Positions 43,808-52,612 of a DNA stretch of 64,000 nt are shown piece by piece. The stretch spans positions 5,208,001 through 5,272,000 of the forward strand of contig CAKKNE010000005.1 in the NCBI GenBank assembly GCA_918797485.1, written 5' to 3'. Source of the DNA: Pelagomonas calceolata. Taxonomy: Eukaryota. Within the stretch, counting starts at the first letter, position 1, and every line of letters begins with the position of its first letter. A model generated the notes under the pieces. It did not search any database, was not told the origin of the DNA, and saw only the letters and a program-made list of their open reading frames with translations. The position numbers and the translations under genes were made by a program.

Positions 43808-44213
43808 GGCTCTGCTGGATATCTACGACAAGTCTACCGTTGCGGGCTTCGAACCTTGGGCACCAGTGCAGACTTTGCAGCGCTCTGAGCGGGTGAGCAC
43901 CGGCGGGTAGTTACCAATGGGCCGCTGCGCGAGCTGAATCCGATTCTGGCTGCAGGCTAGTATGTCGATATACGCTAGAGCGACTATTTTTTTGCCGTGG
44001 ACGACGCGGCGCGGCGGCCCCGTAAGAGCGTTGTCGCAGCTCCGGGACGCTAGAGGGCTATAGCATCGCTGCGAGCATCCACGCGCCAGCGCGATCCGCC
44101 ATCAGTTCGTGCGCCGTGACCAGCCCTTGCTTTTGGGGGCATCGCCTCCTAGCGCGCCGCCGACGAGGCTGTAGTACATTCACTAGATAAGAACAAAAAG
44201 AACAAAAACAAAA

Positions 44214-45785
44214 ATGGAGGAAGGCGCCGGCCGCCGCCAGGACACCTTCGGGTTAAGGGAAATAGGCCTCAACCTCTCGACGACCCAGGGCGACGCCGCG
44301 TCGATGATGTACACCCAGGACTCGACGGTGGACACCGTCATGCAGCCCATCGGCGTGGCCACGAGCCGCGACGACCCCGCGTCGAAAATCGGCAAGCGGC
44401 TCCAGAAGAACACGCGCAAGGTCACGCGCTACTTCCCGGGCAAGGCGCCGAAGTGGGTCAAGTCCGCGGACGACGACGACGTCAAGGCCTTCGGCGCGCA
44501 GCGGCGGCGCCGCGCCGCCGAGCCCGTCGTCATCAAGACGGGCGCGGCGGCGGCGGCGGCGGCGGCCGCGGCGCCTCCTGCTCAACCGAGGAGGCGCCAG
44601 CGCGCCCAGGCCGTCGTGCTGAAGAAGGCCCCGGCGCCCGCCGCCGACGCCGCGCCGCCGCCACCAGTGGCAAGGCCGCCGCTGCCGCCGGACTCGGAGT
44701 CGGACGCCGAGGGCGACGCCCAGGCGGCGCCCGTCGAGGCCGAGAGCGCGGACTCGGCGGCGGCGCGGCGCGCGCGCGTCCGCGCCAAGCTCAAGGCGCG
44801 CCAGGCGGCGGCCGCGGCCGCCGAGGCGGCGCCGGCCGCGCCGCCGCCGCCGCGCGACGCGTCGCCGCCGCGGCGCGCGGCCGCCGCCGCTGCTTCCCCC
44901 GAGGCGCCCGCTGACGCCCGTGCGGCGGCTTCTGACGGCTCCAGTTCGGACGGCAGCTCGTCGGACGACTCGGACGACTCGTCGGACGACGGCAGCGAGG
45001 ACGCGCGGCCCGTCTTCGTGCCCAAGGCGCTCCGCGGAACTATATTAGAAAGGGAAGCGGCGGAGGAGAAAGAGCGCCAGCGGGAGAAGGCGGCCGAGCG
45101 CCGGCGAAAGGCGCGCGCGGACGAGAGTAGGGCCTTGGTGGCCGAGGCCGTGGTCAGAGCCGACGCCGAGGCGGCCATGGCGAAGCGCGGTAAATCTGGA
45201 GAGGATAGTGATGATGACGCGCCGGACGACACGGACGACCTCGAGGACCCGCTTGAATTTGAAGCTTGGAGGGTTAGAGAACTCGCGCGGGCGACGCGCG
45301 AGCGCGACGAGCGGCGGAAAGCCGCTGACGACGAGGCCGAGACGCTGCGGCGGCGCGCGCTGTCGCCGGCGGCGCGGCGCGCCGAGGACGAGAAGATCGG
45401 CAAGGGCAAGAAGCCCGAGAAGGCCAAATGGAAGTTCCTCCAGAAGTACCACCATAAGGGTGCTTTCTTCATGGACGACGACACGCTGGCCAAGGCCGGG
45501 GAAGGCGACGTGCGGAACCGCGCGACCGATGGAGCGGTCCTCGAGGACAAATTTGACAGAGCGGCGCTGCCCAAGGTCATGCAAGTCAAGGACTTTGGGT
45601 TCCAGGGCCGCACAAAGTACACGCACCTCTCGGACCAGGACACGACGTTCGTGGACCGCGACAACCCGATGAACGGCTGGCTGCAGCGGCGGCACAAGGC
45701 CGACGACCCGCTCCGGCGGGGTTATGATAGGAGGCGCGGCGGCACGCAGGACATCGACAAGGCCTTTGAGAGACGGAGACGGTAG
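44214..45785 (+). CDS. MFAP1: MFAP1/Spp381 spliceosomal B-complex protein
   Basis: RYFPGKAP, PVFVPK..R.T, EFEAWRVRELAR, FLQKYHHKGAFF, LPKVMQVKDFG..GRTKYTHL.DQDTT. Confidence 0.95.
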   Translation: MEEGAGRRQDTFGLREIGLNLSTTQGDAASMMYTQDSTVDTVMQPIGVATSRDDPASKIGKRLQKNTRKVTRYFPGKAPKWVKSADDDDVKAFGAQRRRRAAEPVVIKTGAAAAAAAAAAPPAQPRRRQRAQAVVLKKAPAPAADAAPPPPVARPPLPPDSESDAEGDAQAAPVEAESADSAAARRARVRAKLKARQAAAAAAEAAPAAPPPPRDASPPRRAAAAAASPEAPADARAAASDGSSSDGSSSDDSDDSSDDGSEDARPVFVPKALRGTILEREAAEEKERQREKAAERRRKARADESRALVAEAVVRADAEAAMAKRGKSGEDSDDDAPDDTDDLEDPLEFEAWRVRELARATRERDERRKAADDEAETLRRRALSPAARRAEDEKIGKGKKPEKAKWKFLQKYHHKGAFFMDDDTLAKAGEGDVRNRATDGAVLEDKFDRAALPKVMQVKDFGFQGRTKYTHLSDQDTTFVDRDNPMNGWLQRRHKADDPLRRGYDRRRGGTQDIDKAFERRRR

Positions 45786-45803
45786 TAAGATTGTTCAACA
45801 CAC

Positions 45804-47303
45804 TTAGAGTTTCTTGGCCTCACGCGTGGCGGCGGCCTCATCGAACGCCACCGGCTCGGCCTCCATCGCGTCGGACGCCTCTGGCGCCTCCGGAGCGGCA
45901 GGCTCGGTGGCGGGCTCGACCTCAATCGCGTCGGACGCCTCGGGCGCGACCGCAGCAGCCGGCTCGGCGGCGGGTTCGGCGACTGGTGGGGACAGTGGTG
46001 GGGCGGCGGCGAGCTCCTCCTCCTCGGCGACGTCGCGGAGCAGCGCGTCAATCGGCGCGGGCTCGGGCGCGGGCGCGGGCGCGGTGCGTTCCGGCTCCCA
46101 GGTGGGATTCTTCTGCACCCAGCGCCGGCGGCACTGCGCGTCCGTGCGGTGCGGCACGTCCTTGGAGATCGTCATCCACTTGCCGGCGCCGTGCCGCGCG
46201 ACCGCGGCCGCCAACGCCGCGTCGTCGGCGTCGGACCAGGGCCGCCGGCTGATGGTCGGGTCGAGCATCTGCATCCACTTGTCGCGGCACCCGTACGGCG
46301 TCCGCCGGGGCACGTCGACCGCGACGGAAGACCAGAAGCCCCAGTGGTGGTCGCCCGAGGGGACGACGAAGGGTACCGCCTCCGCGCCCGTCGCGCCCGG
46401 CGGCACGGACCGCGGCGGCGCGCGTTTGCGCACGGCCCTTACCAATGTCCGCTCCTCGGCGGGCGCCCACTTTGCGCCGGTCGCAACGCCGGATGCCGAT
46501 CGAGCCATGCGCGGATTCCACCGCAGCGTCTCCGTCCAGCGGAGGCGGCACTGCCTCGGCGTCTTGCCGGGAAAGGCCTCGGCGACAGCCCGCCAGCGGT
46601 CGCCGCGAATTAGGCCGCAGTAGACCGAGACGCGGTCGCGCAGCTGCGCGTCCTCGTCCGCGGTCCAGAGCGGGCGCTTTTCCGGGGGTTGTTGGGGAGC
46701 GTCGGCGTCGCGCGGGGCCGGTGCGGGGGCCGCCGGCGCCGGCGCCGGCGCGGCAGGCTCGGGCGCCGGCCGCGGCGCGGGGGCCGCCGGTTCCTGCGTT
46801 GGGGCCGGCGCCGGCGCGACGGGCTCGTCGACGCCCCTCAATGGCATGCCGGCTAACGCGACCTCCACCTCCCGCGTCTGCGCCTCGATCCTTCGAGATA
46901 AGACTTCGGCGCGCTGCACCGCGGCTAGCGCCGTCGTGACTGCCGGGGTGTCGGCGAGCTCCTCGTCGGCGGCGTCGTGGAGCGGCGGCGCGGGGGCTGC
47001 CGGTGGCGGGCGTGCCCACTTCGCGGCGGCGGCGTTCAGGTCGATGAAGGAAAGCGGGGACGGCGGTGGCAACGGCGCTTTGGCGGCGCGCGCGATGAGC
47101 AGCCGGTCGAGCGCGGCGTTACGCTCGCGCAGCGGCGCGCCCATCGCGCCCCGAGTCCGCTTGAGCGCCGCCTCCAGCCGGGCCTGGAGCGCGCGGTTGG
47201 CGCGCAGCGCGACCTTGGCCGCGGCTTTTTCGCTTTGCTGTTGCTCGCCTTCGTCGCTGTCGCTGTCGCTGTCCGCGAGCGCTGCGGTGAGGGCAGCGTC
47301 CAT
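45804..47303 (-). CDS. Multi-repeat Myb protein, SNAPC4-like
   Basis: WTADED..QCRLRW, WAPAEE..CRDKW, WSDADD..RTDAQCRRRW; N-terminal ALRANRALQARL coil. Confidence 0.8.
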   Translation of the reverse strand: MDAALTAALADSDSDSDEGEQQQSEKAAAKVALRANRALQARLEAALKRTRGAMGAPLRERNAALDRLLIARAAKAPLPPPSPLSFIDLNAAAAKWARPPPAAPAPPLHDAADEELADTPAVTTALAAVQRAEVLSRRIEAQTREVEVALAGMPLRGVDEPVAPAPAPTQEPAAPAPRPAPEPAAPAPAPAAPAPAPRDADAPQQPPEKRPLWTADEDAQLRDRVSVYCGLIRGDRWRAVAEAFPGKTPRQCRLRWTETLRWNPRMARSASGVATGAKWAPAEERTLVRAVRKRAPPRSVPPGATGAEAVPFVVPSGDHHWGFWSSVAVDVPRRTPYGCRDKWMQMLDPTISRRPWSDADDAALAAAVARHGAGKWMTISKDVPHRTDAQCRRRWVQKNPTWEPERTAPAPAPEPAPIDALLRDVAEEEELAAAPPLSPPVAEPAAEPAAAVAPEASDAIEVEPATEPAAPEAPEASDAMEAEPVAFDEAAATREAKKL

Positions 47304-47460
47304 TTTTGTGGCTTTGCTGATGTGCTAATGTCTTACCGCTTTGCGCTGCCTGAGGCTGTACGGCTGCGCATGGATGAAACAAACGCTGTCCGCCAGCAAG
47401 CCCGTGATCAATGCGTGCCTCTGCGCTCGACGCGGCGGCGCTGCCGCTGGCTGCTTGCTC

Positions 47461-47484
47461 GCTAGTGTCTTACTGGCCGCTAGC
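47461..47484 (+). promoter_or_regulatory. CTAG-bracketed upstream element
   Basis: GCTAGTGTCTTACTGGCCGCTAGC. Confidence 0.7.
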
Positions 47485-47546
47485 GCCGCGATGGACTCTC
47501 TCTCTCTCTCCGCGATTTCTACGGACTACTTCTTATATACTAATAA

Positions 47547-47603
47547 CACCCGATATGGGTTCGAACTTAAAAGTCTCGCGTTCTACCGATTGAGCTAACG
47601 GGC
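47547..47603 (-). pseudogene. tRNA-Lys(UUU) pseudogene with internal deletion
   Basis: GCCCGTTAGCTCAATCGGTAGAACGCGAGACTTTTAA joined directly to GTTCGAACCC...CGGGTG; 3' anticodon stem and variable loop missing. Confidence 0.75.
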
Positions 47604-47633
47604 AATCACGTCGTGAATCCTCATCGGATTCGA

Positions 47634-47705
47634 AGCTTCGTGCCGGACTCGAACCGACGACCTACTGCTTACAAGGCAGATGCTCTACCACTGAGCCAAC
47701 GAAGC
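47634..47705 (-). tRNA. tRNA-Thr(UGU)
   Basis: Cloverleaf GCTTCGT/ACGAAGC; anticodon loop CT-TGT-AA; GGTTCGAGTCC. Confidence 0.92.
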
Positions 47706-47747
47706 AAATAGAGTGCGGTGCCATTTTAGTGTCTGGCCCAACGACAG

Positions 47748-47820
47748 TGGGGATAAGCGGAGTCGAACCGCCGGCCTTTGCCTTGCTAAGGCAACGCTCT
47801 ACCAACTGAGCTATATCTCC
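47748..47820 (-). tRNA. tRNA-Ala(AGC) with A3-C70 mismatch
   Basis: GGAGATA/TATCCCC acceptor; TTGCC-TTAGCAA-GGCAA; GGTTCGACTCC; discriminator A. Confidence 0.85.
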
Positions 47821-47823
47821 AAG

Positions 47824-47894
47824 GGGCTTGGCCTGGAATCGAACCAGGGCTGGACCGTCCCGAACGGCCAATGCTACCATTACACCACCAAGCC
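47824..47894 (-). tRNA. tRNA-Pro(CGG)
   Basis: GGCTTGG/CCAAGCC; GGCCG-TTCGGGA-CGGTC; CCTGG-TTCGATT-CCAGG; discriminator C. Confidence 0.88.
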
Positions 47895-47924
47895 CACGTG
47901 CCATTTAAATGATTTAATGTCTGG

Positions 47925-47980
47925 CCCAACGACACGGAATTGAACCGAGACCGTCCCAAACTGTCGATGCTACCATCCGC
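47925..47980 (-). pseudogene. Degenerate tRNA-Pro(UGG)-like remnant
   Basis: ATGGTAGCATCGACAG-TTTGGGA-CGGTC-TCGGTTCAATTCCG parallels the adjacent tRNA-Pro; stems are broken. Confidence 0.6.
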
Positions 47981-48684
47981 AGATGCGACTGCCGTACCCG
48001 TGACCTGTGTGGAAATCAAATTTTTACGGCGCGTTCGTGCTGAATCGTCGCGTTGTCCTCCACGCCATCGACGCGATGCCTGCTCGATGGCATGGCGATG
48101 CCGGTTCCTCACCGCTCGACCGAGCCAGGACGGCCGTGTCATCGCCGAGAAATGACTTAGTGAAGAATTGTCGGGTGCACCCGATACACTGGTTGATTTC
48201 CACACAGCCCGTGACTCCACGCGAGCTCTCCGTTGGGTTGCAGCCTCGCCGTAACGTGACGGTGTTGCCGGTGCTGCAAATTGTTGCCGTGCCGCGTGTA
48301 TGTGTTCCGCCCCGACACGGTGCCGGTCGTCACATAGATCCCTCCCTCGCGCGTGAACTGGAACGTCTCGACTATTCTGCCTGGTTGGCCGTTGGGGAAG
48401 CTCTCGCATCTCTGACCGACGTAGGCGTCGAGCGAGGTGATCCCACCGCCGCCGCCGCCGTAACGCGAGGCCGCACCCACGGCGGCGGCCGCCGTCACCG
48501 CGGCGCCGCCGCCTATATGAACATGAATGGGTTTTGGTGCCGCCGCGGCCTTCGCTGCTGCTGCGCCCAAAGCAATGGGTGCGCGTAGTAGCATGCCGGT
48601 CCCGGGTGGCAGCCCAAAGCACATGTCACCAATAGCTTCGGCAAACACCTCGGCACCTGCTTCGGCAGAAGCCTCAGCGCCCAT
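47970..48684 (-). CDS. Hypothetical protein (possible MG..S myristoylation); intron 48005-48215
   Basis: Splicing the introner gives ...NGELAWSHGYGSRICGW* with TAG at 47970-47972. Confidence 0.65.
48005..48215 (-). mobile_element. Longest and best-preserved introner (203-bp element 48005-48207)
   Basis: Perfect 15-bp TIRs CTGTGTGGAAATCAA; perfect TSD CCCGTGAC at 47997-48004 and 48208-48215. Confidence 0.95.
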
Positions 48685-48917
48685 TGTTTTGTTGTTGTGT
48701 GTGTGTGTTTGTCTTTTGCAAGCTGCCCGGTGTGTTGGGAGAGCCGAGTCTGAGAAGCTTGCCCGGGCTTAAGGAATCTTCCTAGCCCGGCTATTGGCTT
48801 TGAGGAGCCCGAGTAGTACAGCAGCCCTCCGCGGATGGGTCGGAGGGCAAAATGTAGGAAGAACTTGAGAAGACGCGGCCCGCGACCGCCGACGAATCGA
48901 ACTGACTACCTATATAC

Positions 48918-50318
48918 TTACTCCGCATCGTCGTCCCGCGCCCGGAGCGCGTCGTCGAAGGCCGCGAGGTCGTCCGCGACCCGCGCCCGCTCTAATTTTT
49001 TCACGTCGTCGGCGGTGGAGTAGACCGAGGCGCCGCCACCACCTCCCAAGATCCTCGGCGCGAGCCGCCGCGCGGCCGCGAGCTTCTCGCGTAAACGACG
49101 AGAGGGCCTTTCCAACCTCGCGCGCAGCGTCTGGCGTCTCAAATTCCGCTCCTCGACGGCCTTGGCCGCGCGCTCGGCGCGGCCCGCGCGCGCCGCTGGT
49201 AAAGCGTTGAACGCGACGGCATAGGCGAATAGGGGCCCGGCGACGGCCCGCAAGGCAGCAAGTCCACCCGGACCCAGCGACGCCACGACGGCAGGGGTCA
49301 CGCCGACCGTCGAAAAGAAGACCGCCGCCGCTGCCACGCCCAGATTCGCCACGCCTAATACACCGGCCGCCGCGAGCTGGCCCTGGGACGCGTTCGAGAA
49401 CTGTATATCCTTCTCGGCGAGGGCGCCTCCATCACTTGATGATGAAGCCGTCGCGCCTCGTACCAGATCGTCGAAGACGTACACAATACTTCCAGTCTCG
49501 TCGTCGACGGTCGCGCGGCCGTCCAGCGCCGCCACGACGGGCAGCACGTAGCCCTCCTCTATGATATCGTCCGCATTTTCTGAGGGAGGTAACGCTAAGT
49601 AGGGTGCCAACTGCTCGGCGACGACCGCGCCGCCACTCTTCCGGATCGCGTCCGCGGCCGCGGCGATCTGCTTCTTGTCGACGTCCGCATTCGGGTCGCC
49701 GTCCCCGAACACGTAGGAGTAGACCGCCTCCAGAAAGTTCATCTCCCCTTGCGACCGCGGCCGGTCGTAATAAGATCGGTAGTAAAACACATCAAAGGGC
49801 GACGGGCCCCAGATCGACGGCCCCCAGTAGACGTTGCTGGACCGTCTCTCGCGGCGCTGCTCGCCCTCGTTCGCCGCCGAGAGCGTCGCTAAGAGGGCGG
49901 CCCCCACCGCCAGCGACGCGAAGAGGGACAAACCAAAGGCCGTCCTCCCCAATGTATAGAGCGTGGGCTTCGTGCTCTCCCACCTCTGTAACCACCGCTC
50001 CTTCCCGTCGACGGCCGCCAGGGCGCGCTTCGTCTTCGGGGGGAATTTGAACGTGAGCGCGCCGTCTTCCCTCACGTCCAACGTGGCCTCTTCGCCGAGC
50101 CGCGCGGCGAGGGCGAGCAGCTCGCGCTCGGCCGAGACGAGCGGCGCCGCGCCGCGCGCCGCGACGTCGCCCGCCGTGACCACTCCATTTAATTCCTCGA
50201 CGGCGTCAACGACGCGGGCGGAAGTGTCGGCTTTGAGCGTGGCTTGCGGCCGGAGCCTTGTGCGCGGCGCAACGAAGGCGTGTGCCGTCGCGCCGAGCAG
50301 GAGTAGCAGCCGAGGCAT
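48918..50318 (-). CDS. Plastid membrane protein, At5g03900-like
   Basis: AHAFVAP presequence; VTAGDVAA, GPSPFDVFYY, MNFLEAVYSYVFGDGDPN, GAVVAEQLAPYL, G.IVYVF. Confidence 0.85.
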   Translation of the reverse strand: MPRLLLLLGATAHAFVAPRTRLRPQATLKADTSARVVDAVEELNGVVTAGDVAARGAAPLVSAERELLALAARLGEEATLDVREDGALTFKFPPKTKRALAAVDGKERWLQRWESTKPTLYTLGRTAFGLSLFASLAVGAALLATLSAANEGEQRRERRSSNVYWGPSIWGPSPFDVFYYRSYYDRPRSQGEMNFLEAVYSYVFGDGDPNADVDKKQIAAAADAIRKSGGAVVAEQLAPYLALPPSENADDIIEEGYVLPVVAALDGRATVDDETGSIVYVFDDLVRGATASSSSDGGALAEKDIQFSNASQGQLAAAGVLGVANLGVAAAAVFFSTVGVTPAVVASLGPGGLAALRAVAGPLFAYAVAFNALPAARAGRAERAAKAVEERNLRRQTLRARLERPSRRLREKLAAARRLAPRILGGGGGASVYSTADDVKKLERARVADDLAAFDDALRARDDDAE

Positions 50319-50493
50319 CGTGGTGGCCGCGACGGAGAATTCCGCTGGTGCGTGGTCGCTGCGATGGATTCGCAGGCTGTATGCAGCGAGGTACGCTTGC
50401 CGCCGGCGAGAGTGCTACTCGTGCGGTGACTTGCTGAGGCCTCGCGATGCCCTGCACGCTGGCCAGCTGTGGATTTTTGGGCCTGGCAATCGA

Positions 50494-50516
50494 GCTAGCG
50501 TCTGTAACACACTAGG
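50494..50516 (-). promoter_or_regulatory. CTAG-bracketed upstream element
   Basis: GCTAGCGTCTGTAACACACTAGG. Confidence 0.6.
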
Positions 50517-50810
50517 AAACATCGATCATCGTATACGGCTGTAGGGCTGCCCCAATTGCCGCTGCTGCCGCGCTGCGACCGATTTCCGAGGAGCACACGT
50601 CCCCCGGTGCAAAAGCGCGGTCGACCCGTACAGCTATCGGACGCGTACCAGCAGCCCCTGCAGAGAGGCCGCGGCCTCAGCCTGCGGAGAGGTGATATTG
50701 GACGCGCCGCGGCCCGTACGGGACTGCGGACTGCACGCGCCGGTCCCACGGGTAGCGCACGCCTCGTGTTTCCAAACATGCGGCGCGGGAGCAGCCGTGG
50801 TCGCGCCACG

Positions 50811-51224
50811 ATGGCCAGGAGCCCGAGACGAGCCGTGCTCCTCCTCGGCCTGCTCTGGCGATGCGCCATGGCGGCCGCGGCGTCGCAGGAGTGCGCCGTC
50901 TGCGAGGACACCATCGGCCACCTCGCGGCGTCGGCCGCGGCGAAAGAGCGGTCCGAGGCCGGCGTCAAAGGGGTGCTCGACGCCTACTGCGCCCAGGATC
51001 GCTTGCGCACAGCGGAGGCCCAGATGTGTTATGTGCTGGAGCCGATGCGGCAGCAGGTGAGCGCGTGGGTGGCCCTCGGCGTCGACCCCAGGCGGACGTG
51101 TGCCAAGATCAACCGCATGAACGGCGAGGCCTGCGCCCTCTTCCACGAGTCAAAGGTCGGCGAGGGCAGCTGGATAGAGTACAGGCCCATGACGGCGAAG
51201 CGGCGGGCCATCGTGTACGAGTAG
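50811..51224 (+). CDS. Secreted saposin-like protein (MANF/ARMET N-domain-like)
   Basis: Signal peptide; six Cys in CAVC..YC..MCY..TC..AC spacing. Confidence 0.75.
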   Translation: MARSPRRAVLLLGLLWRCAMAAAASQECAVCEDTIGHLAASAAAKERSEAGVKGVLDAYCAQDRLRTAEAQMCYVLEPMRQQVSAWVALGVDPRRTCAKINRMNGEACALFHESKVGEGSWIEYRPMTAKRRAIVYE

Positions 51225-51379
51225 TGGTTGGCGGCGTCGTCACGCCCGTGTTTAACTTTTAGTTTGTATTATTACTAGCGCGAGGCCGTTGTTTCGGACG
51301 CGTCGCGGCGACGGCGTGCGGCCGTTCCGAACGCGTTTTTGTCCTTGCGGCGTGGGGTATTGGATCGGAGAAGAAGTAG

Positions 51380-51718
51380 TTACCACTCGCTGGCGCGGAG
51401 CGCGGCTCGCGCGTTTTGGAAGGTGGATTCAATATCCCTTGCGGTCGGGTGCGCGGCCCCCAGGACGCGCCGCGCGGTCCGCTCTGTCTCCTCGAGCATT
51501 GTCACTGCCTCGCCGCGGTCGTTGAGTGTGGCGCTGGGGTCATTGAACAGCAACTGCGCGTAAACCGACCGCATCCTGAGCGTGACTTGAGAATTCTCCC
51601 CGAGAACGCGCCGCGCCACAGGAATCATTTTACGAAGCAGCGGCTTGCCTTCTTCGAAGCGCTCTAGACTAACAAGAGACACCGAGTAGTTGTAGCCTGC
51701 TATGATCGTGTCTTCATG
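51380..51718 (-). pseudogene. C-terminal TPR-like fragment (ARRVLG..HP family)
   Basis: HEDTIIAGYNYSVSL..RFEEGK.LLRK.IPVARRVLGE...EAV..LEETERTARRVLGAAHP; no own start. Confidence 0.7.
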
Positions 51719-51720
51719 AA

Positions 51721-51883
51721 CTGGGCGTCGCGCACGTGTCGTGCTTGGCGCGGCAGGCGAAGATTTCCGTCGAGGAGGCAGAGGAGAACAATTTGGGCTT
51801 CAAGGCGTTTGATGAGAGGTTCAAGCGGTGGTATGTGTGCGGCCTGTGCGAGCAACACTACCACGGCGTCGTGGCGTGCAATG
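51721..51883 (+). pseudogene. RINGv-like zinc-finger half fragment, inverted relative to the adjacent TPR fragment
   Basis: LGVAHVSCLARQAKISVEEAEENNLG...RWYVCGLCEQHYHGVVAC; not in the ORF track. Confidence 0.65.
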
Positions 51884-52040
51884 ATCGATGCTAATGCTCG
51901 CACCGGATCATCTCGTAAAACGACGAACACGCGGTCGAAGCACTTATCCGACCTCTTCTTCTCGCACATCAAACCCTTCTTCGCCGTCAGCTCCCGGCCC
52001 ATGCGCGTCAGGGGCATAGAGCCCATTTTGCTGATTTGCA

Positions 52041-52598
52041 ATGCGGACGCGACTATCCCGACGCAACGAGGCGGCGGCACAGCGCGCGGCGCGCGTGGGC
52101 CGCCTCGCCGGCGAAGCATTCGGACGGAACGAAGTTCTCATCCTGTCAAATTTGTGGTGGGCCGACGGGCGCCGCGCCGAGGCGACGTGCAAGGCCTGGC
52201 GGGCGTGCCGCGCCCCCGTCGATAAGGCGCGTAAAGGATTGCTCGGCGCGTATCTGGCCAGGCCCCGGAGATGCTGGCAGCCGGCCGGGCGCGGCCACCC
52301 CGGGTTCGGCAAACGTGACCCATCCGAACCGGTGGATTATCGGCGCCTCACAACTTTGGGCAGACCCGCATCTCTTGCAGAACAAATTGCGGATTTAAGC
52401 GCCGAGCGCGAGGTCGCCAGGTGGATGGCCCGTCTCGCCGCGCGGGGGCTGCCTCCGGACTGGACCGAGGAGGAGCTCCGGCGCCAAGGACACACTTTGG
52501 ATCAAGGCTACTGGGAATCGGAGGGCGTATACCGTCCCGGCGAGGACGAGGAAGCAAGAACGCCGCGCGCCGCGTGGTCGGCGGCGCAGACCCTCTAA
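52041..52598 (+). CDS. Hypothetical protein, weak F-box-like start
   Basis: 185-aa ATG ORF; LILSNL...AEATCKAWR. Confidence 0.5.
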   Translation: MRTRLSRRNEAAAQRAARVGRLAGEAFGRNEVLILSNLWWADGRRAEATCKAWRACRAPVDKARKGLLGAYLARPRRCWQPAGRGHPGFGKRDPSEPVDYRRLTTLGRPASLAEQIADLSAEREVARWMARLAARGLPPDWTEEELRRQGHTLDQGYWESEGVYRPGEDEEARTPRAAWSAAQTL

Positions 52599-52612
52599 GT
52601 AAAAACCAAGAA

